DNA from: Nanobdellota archaeon
GTDB taxonomy: Archaea; Aenigmatarchaeota; Aenigmatarchaeia; QMZP01
Direction of reading: 5' to 3'
Length of the DNA: 64,000 nucleotides
Assembly: GCA_043814765.1 (NCBI GenBank)
Contig: JBDRJQ010000028.1
Location: 29,835 to 93,834 of the forward strand
This document shows, one piece after another, positions 29,645 through 38,494 of this stretch. The number at the start of each line of letters is the position of its first letter. The first letter of the stretch is position 1. The notes below the pieces were generated by a model, which saw only the letters and a program-made list of their open reading frames with translations, did not search any database and was not told the DNA's origin. Position numbers and translations under genes: made by a program.

Positions 29645-30832
29645 ATGTTAATCGGTATAGTCGGTAAGTCAAACACAGGAAAAACGACTTTCTTTAGCGC
29701 TGCTACGCTAGTTGATGCAGAAATAAGCAACAGGATATTCACAACTATAAAGCCAAACAGGGGTGTTAGCTATGCAAGAATCGATTGCGTGTGCAAGAAT
29801 TTGGGAGTTACTTGCGATGCAAAAAACTCTAAGTGCATAGATAATGTGCGCTTCATACCAATAAAAATGGTTGACATTGCTGGTCTTGTACCAGGTGCTC
29901 ATGAAGGAAAGGGTCTTGGAAACCAGTTTTTATCTGACATAATGGAAGCAGACGCTTTAATACATGTTGTAGACATATCAGGCAGCACAGACAAAGAAGG
30001 CAATCCAATAGAACCTGGAAGCTTTGATCCTTTGGATGACATTAGATTTTTACCGAAAGAAATATGTTACTGGATTCTTGGCATACTAAAAAAGAACTGG
30101 GACACCATATGCAAAAGAGTCAAGGCAACAAAAGAGAATTTACATGAAGCTATATACAACCAGTTTTCAGGATTAAAAATTAATCCAGAAGATGTAAAGA
30201 ATATTGTTAAAAAAACCGGTTTAAGTGCAATATCGTCTGATGAAAAAATAATAGAGTTTATTACTGAGTTATTAGATAAAAGCAAACCCATAGCGATAGC
30301 AGCCAACAAGATAGATATTGAAACGGCTGAAAAAAACATAGAAAGAGCCAAGAGTGAGGGATTTGATGTTATTCCATGCTCAGCAGAAACTGAATTAACA
30401 CTCAGACGAGCAGAAAAAAAAGGGTTAATAAAATACAAACCCGGCGCAAATTATTTTGATATAATTTCTGATGACATGGATGAAAAACAAAAGGAAGCTT
30501 TGGATTTCCTGCGCAACAGAGTTATTAGAAAGTATGGTTCAACTGGCGTGCAGAAAACAATAAACAAAACAGTTTTTGATGTTCTGAATTACATAGTAGT
30601 TTATCCAGTAAGCAATATTAACAGCTTAACTGACAAATCTGGTAATGTTTTGCCTGATGTGCATCTAGTTCCCAAAGGAACAAAGCTAAAGGATTTTGCT
30701 GGCATGATACATACTGACATAAAAGAAAAATTCATAGGCGGATTAAAACATGACGGCGATAAAACGCCACGCATAGGTGCTGACTATGAACTGCAAAACA
30801 ATGATATTGTTGAAATTCTAACTGGTAAATAA
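29645..30832 (+). CDS. ychF: OBG-family translation-associated NTPase (archaeal YchF/Ygr210 type)
   Basis: GKSNTGKTTFF, FTTIKPN, DIAGLVPGAHEGKGLGNQFL, ANKID, C-terminal TGS domain. Confidence 0.93.
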   Translation: MLIGIVGKSNTGKTTFFSAATLVDAEISNRIFTTIKPNRGVSYARIDCVCKNLGVTCDAKNSKCIDNVRFIPIKMVDIAGLVPGAHEGKGLGNQFLSDIMEADALIHVVDISGSTDKEGNPIEPGSFDPLDDIRFLPKEICYWILGILKKNWDTICKRVKATKENLHEAIYNQFSGLKINPEDVKNIVKKTGLSAISSDEKIIEFITELLDKSKPIAIAANKIDIETAEKNIERAKSEGFDVIPCSAETELTLRRAEKKGLIKYKPGANYFDIISDDMDEKQKEALDFLRNRVIRKYGSTGVQKTINKTVFDVLNYIVVYPVSNINSLTDKSGNVLPDVHLVPKGTKLKDFAGMIHTDIKEKFIGGLKHDGDKTPRIGADYELQNNDIVEILTGK

Positions 30833-30864
30833 ATGCTTATAAGTTAGTTCTTCAAAGGTAATGT

Positions 30865-31596
30865 ATGCTCTACTTAATAGGTATTGGGCTTTGGAACGAG
30901 AAAGATATCTCATTGAGGGGTGTTGATGCTTGCAAAAAATGCGAGTATGTTTATGCAGAGCTATACACTGCAAAATGGGGCGGAAACATTGAAATACTAG
31001 GGAAGATTGTAGGGAAAAATATCACAATTATTAACAGACGAGATTTGGAAGAAAAATCTAAGGACATAATAGAAAAGGCCAGGGAAAGGGATATTGCTGT
31101 CCTTATGCCTGGTGATCCGCTTTTTGCAACAACTCATATAAAATTATTACAAGAAGCAAAAGAAAAAAATATAAAAACGGAAGTTATTCACTCTTCATCA
31201 ATTTATACTGCTGTAGCAGAATCGGGTTTGAATGTATACAATTTTGGAAAAACGGTTAGCATTCCTTCTCCTGAAGAAAATTTCCAACCGATTTCTTATT
31301 ATGAAGAAATTGCTAAAAACAAAGCTGCAGGACTGCACACTCTTATACTTCTTGACATAGAAATGACTGTACAAGACGCTATGAAGATTCTTTTTGAGAT
31401 AGAGGATGAGAAAAAGAAAAAGGTTATCAAAGAAGACAATAAAATAGTTGTTGTTTCGAGACTTGGTTCAAAAAACAGAATAATAAAATACGATACGGCT
31501 AGTGCCATATCAAAAGAGAGCATACCAGCTCCTGCTGCCATAATAATACCAAGCAAATTGCATTTTATAGAAGAAGAGTTCCTGGAAAAGCTTTAG
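30865..31596 (+). CDS. dph5: Diphthine synthase
   Basis: MLYLIGIGL..EKDISLRG, VYAELYT, GDPLFATTH, YNFGKTVSI, GLHTLILLDI, LHFIEEEFL. Confidence 0.95.
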   Translation: MLYLIGIGLWNEKDISLRGVDACKKCEYVYAELYTAKWGGNIEILGKIVGKNITIINRRDLEEKSKDIIEKARERDIAVLMPGDPLFATTHIKLLQEAKEKNIKTEVIHSSSIYTAVAESGLNVYNFGKTVSIPSPEENFQPISYYEEIAKNKAAGLHTLILLDIEMTVQDAMKILFEIEDEKKKKVIKEDNKIVVVSRLGSKNRIIKYDTASAISKESIPAPAAIIIPSKLHFIEEEFLEKL

Positions 31597-31607
31597 CTTT
31601 GTTTTAA

Positions 31608-31793
31608 CTATTCTTTGCTTCTTCCGGTTTCCTTTCTGTATGTTTCTGTCCATTTTATGTGTTTGCCTTGTCTGCCTTTAGTCCAGTTTTTTTCGCATTT
31701 TGATCCGCAAAAATAGAAAATCTTGCCATCGTTCTTTACGAACATTTTTCCTTTACCTTCAGGAGTTTGTTCTCCACAAAAATTACATTTCAT
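31608..31793 (-). CDS. rpl24e: 50S ribosomal protein L24e
   Basis: CNFCG...G.GKMFVKNDG....FCGSKCEKN...KWT. Confidence 0.95.
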   Translation of the reverse strand: MKCNFCGEQTPEGKGKMFVKNDGKIFYFCGSKCEKNWTKGRQGKHIKWTETYRKETGRSKE

Positions 31794-31802
31794 AAAATAC
31801 CT

Positions 31803-32003
31803 TTACCTGTTCTGGAATCTGCCCTCAGCATCCATCGTGGTGTCCTTTAACAGCAGTATGTCGCCGACTCTTATAGGGCCCATAACATTTCTTGTCACTA
31901 TCTTGCCTTTATCATAACCGTCAAGAACGCGACACCTAACTCTGCTAACTCCTTTAACACCCATTCTTCCCATGATTTCTGTGACCTCTGCTGATGTAGT
32001 CAT
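31803..32003 (-). CDS. rps28e: 30S ribosomal protein S28e
   Basis: AEV.EIMGR.G..G...VRCRVL.G.DKG....[14 protein letters not shown]. Confidence 0.95.
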   Translation of the reverse strand: MTTSAEVTEIMGRMGVKGVSRVRCRVLDGYDKGKIVTRNVMGPIRVGDILLLKDTTMDAEGRFQNR

Positions 32004-32009
32004 ATTATA

Positions 32010-32372
32010 TCACTTCTTCAGTGCCTTTATTTTTGAAGCAATGTCAGCAACGATTTTTTTTGCGTCACCTTCTTCAACAACTGCTATTGAAGATGTTGGC
32101 ACGTCAATACCAGCGGATTTTCCCAGTTCAATTTTTGAAGGCACAAATGCGTATGGAACTTGCTTCTCTTCACAAAGTACAGGAATGTGCATCAAAACCT
32201 CTTCAGGCGTGACATCCTCTGCCATTACAACTAGTTTAGCTGTTCCTCTTTCTATTGCTTTTGTAGCCTCGTTTACTCCCTTTCTTATTTTGCCGCTAGC
32301 CTTTGCTACGCTTATTGCTTCATAAACCTTACTAACAAGGTCCTTTGGCATCTCGAATTTTGCTATCGCCAT
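32010..32372 (-). CDS. rpl7ae: 50S ribosomal protein L7Ae
   Basis: GKIRKGVNEATKAIERG.AKLVV.AEDV.PEE...HIP.LCEEK. Confidence 0.97.
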   Translation of the reverse strand: MAIAKFEMPKDLVSKVYEAISVAKASGKIRKGVNEATKAIERGTAKLVVMAEDVTPEEVLMHIPVLCEEKQVPYAFVPSKIELGKSAGIDVPTSSIAVVEEGDAKKIVADIASKIKALKK

Positions 32373-32391
32373 ATCATCCCTCCGTTAACAT

Positions 32392-32718
32392 TTAGATTGA
32401 TTTTTTATTTATTGAGTTCTTATTTAAATGCTTGACTAGGTTTTTATAGAAATCTATAGCCTCACTAAGCATTTTTTCACCCTTTTCAGTAATATGGTAT
32501 ATTTTCTTTCTGCCATATTCTTCTTTTCTAACAAGACCTGATTTCCCTAAAAGATACAAAACTTTATAGGCAGTCATAGTACCTGGCTTGAATCCGAATC
32601 TTTTTTCTATTTCTTTGCGCAGAGTGTATGCGTGTGACGGTTCATCTTTAAGTATATGCAATATATATATCCACAAACATTCCCTAGTATTCAGTAACTT
32701 AAGACGTCTAAGAGGCAT
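32392..32718 (-). CDS. PadR-family transcriptional regulator
   Basis: YILHILK..P.HAY.L...Y.VLY.L...GLV...RKKIYHITEKG wHTH pattern. Confidence 0.85.
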   Translation of the reverse strand: MPLRRLKLLNTRECLWIYILHILKDEPSHAYTLRKEIEKRFGFKPGTMTAYKVLYLLGKSGLVRKEEYGRKKIYHITEKGEKMLSEAIDFYKNLVKHLNKNSINKKSI

Positions 32719-32758
32719 ATTATCTAATTCCTTGATTATCTTTGTCTATTAGTTCAAA

Positions 32759-32774
32759 GACGACTAAAGTCGTC
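32759..32774. promoter_or_regulatory. Palindromic operator upstream of padR
   Basis: GACGAC-TAAA-GTCGTC; near-identical site upstream of ino1. Confidence 0.7.
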
Positions 32775-32870
32775 AAACTATATAATATTTTACATTTGTA
32801 TAATATAACCTTTACAAAACAATGTCTTTCGTAGTGTCTTGCGTTCGGTTTTGAACGCAGAAAAACAAAA

Positions 32871-32906
32871 CCTTTATATATACATTGTTACTAGGTAATA
32901 GTAACA
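32871..32906 (+). promoter_or_regulatory. TATA box plus palindromic operator ahead of the membrane/LysM island
   Basis: CTTTATATA then TGTTACTA-N5-TAGTAACA (32886..32906); same layout at 37166..37200. Confidence 0.65.
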
Positions 32907-33086
32907 TAGCTCTTTTGAACGGTAAAAGGTTCGCTGAGTTATCTTACACACGGAAAAAAAACTAGTTATTGGGTCTTAATGATCTGATAGCTTTCAACCA
33001 TAATTGGTACACTGGAACTATTTTTCAGCCTTAGGGCTCAATAATGAACGTGTGAATAAAACAAAAAAAATAAGGAGAAAACAGAA

Positions 33087-33839
33087 ATGAAGCTGTTAAA
33101 AACTACTGCCGTTCTTCTGTCGATTTTCTTTGTTCTCTGCATGGCCACTGTTTGCTATGCTGGCCCAGAAAACGGCAACGGCGCAGTTGACATTCTGACA
33201 AAGTCAGATTTGACTGATCTTCATAACACCATAATTATTGGAATTGTGGTGTTCGCATTAATCATGGTTGCGGTTATTCTTATTTTAATGTTTAGACCGC
33301 GACAAACACTTCCAGCAGTTGTTGAACTGGAACCGGAACCTGATAATCCTGAACCCAGCCCTGATTGGATGAGGTCCGGAGCAAAAAGAATAGCCAAAGA
33401 AGCGGTAGCTGGCATCGAAGAGGATCTCTCGATTGATATTGCCGGTGAATTGACAGATTTGGTAATAGGAGCAAGAACTGCTTCTGAAAACGCACGAAGA
33501 GAATTCATGCGTGTTTTCCGTCAAAGATTGAACGGTGGCAGCGATATCGATGCTCTTATAGATGAAGCCATCCGGCTAAGAGTGCGAGAACGGGGAGCTG
33601 AGCTTCCTCCGGAAGTTCTGGAACATGCAACAGATCCAACAGTTACTCAGGAAGAAGTGGATGCTCTTAACGCTGCTGTTAACACTGAAATGGCTCCGGA
33701 CCCGATTCTGACATTACTTGAGCGATTAGTGGATGGTCAGGCTGCTGCAACAGAAGCTATTCGAAATTTGACAGCTGCTGTAACACCTCCCCCTGACGAA
33801 ACATCGCATGCTCCAGACAGTAGCGGCGATGCAGGTTAA
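33087..33839 (+). CDS. Hypothetical protein with signal peptide, one TM helix and an acidic helical C-domain
   Basis: TAAGGAG RBS; MKLLKTT...CYA signal peptide. Confidence 0.75.
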   Translation: MKLLKTTAVLLSIFFVLCMATVCYAGPENGNGAVDILTKSDLTDLHNTIIIGIVVFALIMVAVILILMFRPRQTLPAVVELEPEPDNPEPSPDWMRSGAKRIAKEAVAGIEEDLSIDIAGELTDLVIGARTASENARREFMRVFRQRLNGGSDIDALIDEAIRLRVRERGAELPPEVLEHATDPTVTQEEVDALNAAVNTEMAPDPILTLLERLVDGQAAATEAIRNLTAAVTPPPDETSHAPDSSGDAG

Positions 33840-33861
33840 CCCCCAACTGCCCAATAAACAT

Positions 33862-33894
33862 GGGAGGAGAGTCTGTTCAATCAGGCCTCCTCCC
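33862..33894 (+). terminator. GC-rich intergenic hairpin
   Basis: GGGAGGAG...CTCCTCCC stem after the stop of 33087..33839. Confidence 0.5.
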
Positions 33895-33925
33895 AAAAAT
33901 CTCTGAACATTAAACAAGGAGGATT

Positions 33926-34405
33926 ATGATGAGAATCCTAAACATAATCTCATCTTTTTTTATTGCTTTCTGGGGACTGGTTAAGGGATTCTTCACCATT
34001 CTCCTGAAGTGCATTTGGATAGCAATCAAGTGGTTTTTCATAGCCCTTTGGAAACTGCTTAATTGGATCTGGAATAAAATCATTCTTGTCCAGAATTGGT
34101 TCAAAAGGACCAAACTTGGACGGGATTTGCGAAGAGGAAAGCGATGGCCGCGCATCACAGTGATGAGCCTAATGCTTTTCATTCTTTTTTCCGTCTTATG
34201 TTTTTCACTTCTTTTCTCCGGTCATAAAATGACTGGATTAATAATATCATTGTTTATTCTTTTTGGTCTTGTGCCTTTCTTTGGCACATGGGCCAGAAAT
34301 ATGTATCAAGCAGAGAATGCCGAACCAAAAAAGCGGCACTCAATGATTGACCATATTCCCTGGCCGTGGCTGAAAAATCATCCCTGGCGCAGAATTACAG
34401 CATAG
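33926..34405 (+). CDS. Hypothetical Trp-rich membrane protein
   Basis: AAGGAGG RBS; amphipathic W/K-rich helix then two TM helices. Confidence 0.7.
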   Translation: MMRILNIISSFFIAFWGLVKGFFTILLKCIWIAIKWFFIALWKLLNWIWNKIILVQNWFKRTKLGRDLRRGKRWPRITVMSLMLFILFSVLCFSLLFSGHKMTGLIISLFILFGLVPFFGTWARNMYQAENAEPKKRHSMIDHIPWPWLKNHPWRRITA

Positions 34406-34459
34406 ATATCCTGATGAGGATGATTCCTGGGTGGAAAAAAAGGAAGAGAGGAGATCATC

Positions 34460-34795
34460 ATGGATGCAATTACCATCTCGGTTGGGCATCTGACATGCCT
34501 GCTATATCTCGCTTATATGGTGGGTTGGGTGCTAACCGAATTTGTCGCATATGCGACAAAAAACTTGAAGAGAAGAGGGGTAATCGTTCTGTTCTTGATT
34601 ATCCTGCTGTGCACCGCTGTTCTGTTGCATAATTTCAACAAATGGGATGCATATGGATCGTTTTTCATGGCGACTCTGTTTGTCTTCCCTCCGGCCGCTT
34701 TGGTGTTGCTTTCTCGAGAGGTAAGAGGAGGCAACAAATCAATTAGGGAGAGGATGAGAATCTTTGGTGGTGGCACTAAAGGAGATTCATCATGA
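34460..34795 (+). CDS. Hypothetical membrane protein (about 3 TM)
   Basis: GAGGAG RBS; ATGA overlap with the next gene. Confidence 0.7.
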   Translation: MDAITISVGHLTCLLYLAYMVGWVLTEFVAYATKNLKRRGVIVLFLIILLCTAVLLHNFNKWDAYGSFFMATLFVFPPAALVLLSREVRGGNKSIRERMRIFGGGTKGDSS

Positions 34796-35091
34796 ACAAT
34801 TTTAATTTTATTATCGGAATCCTGGTAATCTCGACGCTTCTTTGTCTGGTTTTTGCTGTATGGAATTATCTGAAGCTCAAACGTTATCAGAACACTTATG
34901 TTTGGGCAAGTGGCAAAACTCAGAAAGGTGAGGACTTTCTCATTCTTTCAATTGAGGGTAAAGATGAGGATGCCACTCAGTATGAGTGCCATCGAGATGA
35001 AGAGGGCAAGATAACAATTATCGGACCTGCTGGTGAAAACCTTAAAGGCATTCAACACACGTTCGGTAACGGATATCGTCCTCGGATTTAG
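34792..35091 (+). CDS. Hypothetical single-TM protein
   Basis: AAAGGAG RBS; N-terminal TM. Confidence 0.7.
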   Translation: MNNFNFIIGILVISTLLCLVFAVWNYLKLKRYQNTYVWASGKTQKGEDFLILSIEGKDEDATQYECHRDEEGKITIIGPAGENLKGIQHTFGNGYRPRI

Positions 35092-35176
35092 TTCAGGTAG
35101 AGGATGAGACCTCGTGGAACTTTAGGGTTTGATGGTGAGATACGATCAAAAATCCAAAGACCTAAGGAGGTCAACA

Positions 35177-35764
35177 ATGCAGATCGATTTGAATTACGTA
35201 GTAAACGCCATTCTGACCAACCTGGCATATGCAGTTGCGCTTGGGCTGGTTATGTGGGGAATTTGCAGGCTTCTGATAAAAGAACCTGAGGGCAATTACT
35301 GGGCACCAAGGGTCATGATGGTAATATTCCTGATCTCTGCGCTTGTCTTCACATTTTCTGTTGGAAGAATAACATTCCCAGCAGTTGACAATGCTGTAGA
35401 AAACATTTTCTCAGGTGTTTCAACATCGATAGCAAGTGCAACACCACATCCTGTGGTAAACATTCAGGTTGACACACCTCCTCCTACTGTAGTAATACAG
35501 AAGGAGACGAGTCAGCCAGTGGTCCGCGAAAGCGAACCGGTTCCAGAAACAACAGAAGGGGATACCTCAAATGAGAAATTTTCTGTAGACGGTCAGTTTG
35601 AAGATGGTACACCATACCATCTTTACACGATTGTCAGGGGCAATACCATATACAGCTTGTCCCGCAGATTTGGTGTCACCCAGGATGAACTTATGAGGCG
35701 GAACGATCTTAGGATTGGAACGCCTCTCCGTATCGGGAGGGATCTCAGGATTCCTATCAAATGA
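35177..35764 (+). CDS. Membrane-anchored LysM-domain protein
   Basis: AAGGAGG RBS before ATG 35177; two TM helices, Pro/Thr/Glu linker, YTIVRGNTIYSLSRRFGVT..EL...N.L....L.IG..LRIP LysM. Confidence 0.88.
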   Translation: MQIDLNYVVNAILTNLAYAVALGLVMWGICRLLIKEPEGNYWAPRVMMVIFLISALVFTFSVGRITFPAVDNAVENIFSGVSTSIASATPHPVVNIQVDTPPPTVVIQKETSQPVVRESEPVPETTEGDTSNEKFSVDGQFEDGTPYHLYTIVRGNTIYSLSRRFGVTQDELMRRNDLRIGTPLRIGRDLRIPIK

Positions 35765-35790
35765 AGCACAAACAATTGAATAGGTAACTT

Positions 35791-35823
35791 GGGAGGGGAG
35801 AAAAATCCTCCCTTTCCCTTTTC
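35791..35823 (+). terminator. Hairpin plus pyrimidine tract terminator
   Basis: GGGAGG...CCTCCC stem followed by TTTCCCTTTTC. Confidence 0.55.
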
Positions 35824-35824
35824 A

Positions 35825-35848
35825 TATGTCTATCTATAGGGATATATA
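35825..35848 (-). repeat. 24 bp dispersed intergenic element, copy 2
   Basis: Reverse complement TATATATCCCTATAGATAGACATA. Confidence 0.8.
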
Positions 35849-35915
35849 AATATATTTTACACTAGTAAAGTATTTAAATTTGCAAATACAATTATTTTAC
35901 AGGTATAAAATAGTT

Positions 35916-35932
35916 GACGACTTTATGTCGTC
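35916..35932. promoter_or_regulatory. Palindromic operator upstream of ino1
   Basis: GACGAC-TTTAT-GTCGTC, about 35 bp downstream of a TTTAAA TATA box. Confidence 0.7.
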
Positions 35933-35947
35933 TTTAGATATCAGGTG

Positions 35948-37054
35948 ATGTTTTTGAAGGAAATTAAAGTTGCTATCGCAGGAATTGGGAACTGTTGCAG
36001 TTCTCTTATACAGGGAATTCATTATTATAAGAATGTTGACTCAAATGGAGAAAGCATTCCTGGGCTGATGAACAATGTTATTGGGGGTTATAAGATAAGC
36101 GACATAAAACCTGTAGCTGCTTTTGATATTGATATTAGAAAGGTTGGCAGAGATCTGTCTGAAGCTATATTCGCTGAACCAAACTGTACTATAATATTCC
36201 ATAAGGATGTTCCTCATCAGGATGTTGAAGTAAAGATGGCTCCTGTTCTTGATGGTGTAGCTCCTCATATGAAGGAGTTTCCAGACCATCAAACATTCAA
36301 GATTTCTAATGAAAAACCAGTAGATGTAACAAAGGTTCTTAAAGAAAGCGGAGCAGAGATGCTCATCAACTACCTTCCTGTAGGTTCTGAGGACGCTGTA
36401 AGGTATTATGCTCAGGCTGCTTTAGATGCAGGATGTGCTTTTGTTAATTGTATGCCTGTTTTCATTGCGTCCACTGATGAGTGGGCAAAGAAGTTCGAGG
36501 ATAAAGGGCTTCCTATAGTCGGTGATGACATCAAGGCACAGATAGGTGCAACTATAACTCATAGAACACTCGTAAAGTTATTTTCTGATAGAGGTGTAAA
36601 GATAGAAAGAACATATCAGCTTAATACCGGTGGAAACACCGACTTCCTTAACATGATAGAGCGCTCAAGACTCAAAAGCAAGAAGATAAGCAAAACTTCT
36701 TCTGTGCAATCACAGCTACCAACTCCTTTGCATCCTGATAACATACACATAGGACCAAGTGATTATATCCCATGGCAGAAAGACAACAAGATATGTTTCT
36801 TGAGGATAGAAGGAAGGAAGTTTGGAAACGTTCCTACCCATATAGAAGCTCGTCTTTCAGTAGAAGATTCACCCAACAGCGCAGGATGCGTAATAGACGC
36901 AGTGCGCTGCGCAAAGCTAGCATTGGATCGTGGCGTAGGAGGAAGGCTGCTGTCAATTTCAGCATACACAATGAAGCATCCGCCAACACAATATCCTGAT
37001 ACTTTGGCAAAGCAGATGGTTGAAGAGTTCATCAAAGGGGAAAGGGAACGTTAA
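35948..37054 (+). CDS. ino1: myo-Inositol-1-phosphate synthase
   Basis: GIGNCCSSLIQG, NYLPVGS, VGDDIKAQIGATITHR, YQLNTGGNTDFLNM, SKKISKT, EDSPNSAG. Confidence 0.96.
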   Translation: MFLKEIKVAIAGIGNCCSSLIQGIHYYKNVDSNGESIPGLMNNVIGGYKISDIKPVAAFDIDIRKVGRDLSEAIFAEPNCTIIFHKDVPHQDVEVKMAPVLDGVAPHMKEFPDHQTFKISNEKPVDVTKVLKESGAEMLINYLPVGSEDAVRYYAQAALDAGCAFVNCMPVFIASTDEWAKKFEDKGLPIVGDDIKAQIGATITHRTLVKLFSDRGVKIERTYQLNTGGNTDFLNMIERSRLKSKKISKTSSVQSQLPTPLHPDNIHIGPSDYIPWQKDNKICFLRIEGRKFGNVPTHIEARLSVEDSPNSAGCVIDAVRCAKLALDRGVGGRLLSISAYTMKHPPTQYPDTLAKQMVEEFIKGERER

Positions 37055-37084
37055 AATTTATATAGTATCTTGTTATTTCTTTAT

Positions 37085-37200
37085 TGTCTTGCGCAAGACA
37101 AGATTTGTCTTTCGTAATGAAAACAGCACAAATCGAGCTCAAAAAGTGTCTTGCGTACCGATAGCTTTATAAAGCCTTTGTCACTATTTAATAGTAACAA
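37085..37200 (+). promoter_or_regulatory. Regulatory region with TGTCTT(G/T)CG repeats, TATA box and palindromic operator
   Basis: TGTCTTGCGCAAGACA palindrome (37085..37100), TGTCTTTCGT, TGTCTTGCGT, CTTTATAAA, TTGTCACTA-N5-TAGTAACAA (37178..37200). Confidence 0.65.
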
Positions 37201-37235
37201 TATGATAAAAACATCGAATAGGTGTGGAGGTCAAT

Positions 37236-37910
37236 ATGAGTAATATATATGTTTCGGAAAATGTTGCAAAACATTTTATACAAGGTGTGACTGATCACGC
37301 CATGGAAGGACAATTGTTAGACATAGAAGGAGAAAAAGAGTTTGTTGTAACATACAGACATGAAGGAAATTTAATTCAAAACACTTTAGTTTTTCCTGTA
37401 AGTGGAAGTATTGAAATTTCAGTAGATTCTTTAAGAAAAAAATATCCAAACATTTACAAAACATTAACAAAAAATAATGATATTGGAGATGCAGATAATG
37501 TTCTTTTATACGAAACAGATTTTACAAAACACAGAGAATTAGTTATTAGCAAAAACGCTAATAATGAAAATTTAGCAAAATATATTGATTTTAATGATAA
37601 TCGTATCCCGTCATATGCAAATAGTGAGTTTGAGCCTGTAGAGGATAATTCTTTAGATAACTTGAAAGAGTCTGCAAATTCAGACTTAGAGTATAAAAGA
37701 GTAAATGGAGTTGTAAGAAACTCACTAACATTCAACTATGGTGAAGAAGAAGCCCAGAGAATGCTAGAAAACTACGGAGAACTTTGGTTTGCTGAAAATG
37801 GTCAATTCGCAGGAGCTAGAGAATGGAATCAATTAGGTGAAGAAAAAGGTTGGGATTTCATGAAAAGGTACACTGAAGATGCAAAAAGGTTTGCACCTAC
37901 AAAAGTTTAG
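37236..37910 (+). CDS. Hypothetical protein (paralogue A)
   Basis: GGAGGT RBS before ATG 37236; AT-rich; N-terminus MSNIYVSENVA. Confidence 0.75.
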   Translation: MSNIYVSENVAKHFIQGVTDHAMEGQLLDIEGEKEFVVTYRHEGNLIQNTLVFPVSGSIEISVDSLRKKYPNIYKTLTKNNDIGDADNVLLYETDFTKHRELVISKNANNENLAKYIDFNDNRIPSYANSEFEPVEDNSLDNLKESANSDLEYKRVNGVVRNSLTFNYGEEEAQRMLENYGELWFAENGQFAGAREWNQLGEEKGWDFMKRYTEDAKRFAPTKV

Positions 37911-37911
37911 A

Positions 37912-37934
37912 ATTAGATTAGAGGTAAAATATGG
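37912..37934 (+). repeat. 23 bp exact direct repeat, copy 1 (copy 2 at 38476..38498)
   Basis: ATTAGATTAGAGGTAAAATATGG, contains RBS and start codon. Confidence 0.9.
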
Positions 37935-38485
37935 ACAATAAATATGTTTCAGAGAATATAGCATTGCTTAAGGATGTTTTGGTTAGCTATTGTATTCTAG
38001 AAGGGACATTGATAGAAGGATTGAATGAAAATGAAAGCGGTATCCCAATGTCACCAATGTTCATCAATTCGTATGATGATGAAGATGGAGAATATGTACA
38101 TTTACTTAAATCTGGTTGCGATGTTAAATCTAGAAATACACTTGTATTTGATGTTGTTGATTATGTTGAAATCGATAAAGAAACTTTCGATATAATAAGT
38201 GATACTATGGGCAGAAACAGGCACGTATATACTTCTTCTGAAAAAATAGAAGAAATGAAAAGTATTTACGATCAAGGTAAAAAAGTGCTTTTCCCATTGC
38301 TTCCGGGAAGAACCGATAATTGGATTTACAAAAAATATAGATCAATTGTGGCTAAAGAAAGAATGAAAATATTTAAAGATGTTCCTATAGTTGAAGCCAT
38401 TAGATCTGATTCCGGTAGCAGAAAACATAACAGTTATCCAGCAGGAACAGATTCTGAAAAATTGTTTGAGGGGATATTAGATTAG
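37931..38485 (+). CDS. Hypothetical protein (paralogue B)
   Basis: N-terminus MDNKYVSENIA and NTLVF motif shared with paralogue A. Confidence 0.75.
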   Translation: MDNKYVSENIALLKDVLVSYCILEGTLIEGLNENESGIPMSPMFINSYDDEDGEYVHLLKSGCDVKSRNTLVFDVVDYVEIDKETFDIISDTMGRNRHVYTSSEKIEEMKSIYDQGKKVLFPLLPGRTDNWIYKKYRSIVAKERMKIFKDVPIVEAIRSDSGSRKHNSYPAGTDSEKLFEGILD

Positions 38486-38494
38486 AGGTAAAAT

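Noticed and set aside
33840..35176. Intergenic hairpins of the island as integron attC sites
   Set aside because: No RYYYAAC/GTTRRRY boundaries, no sequence similarity among them and no integrase
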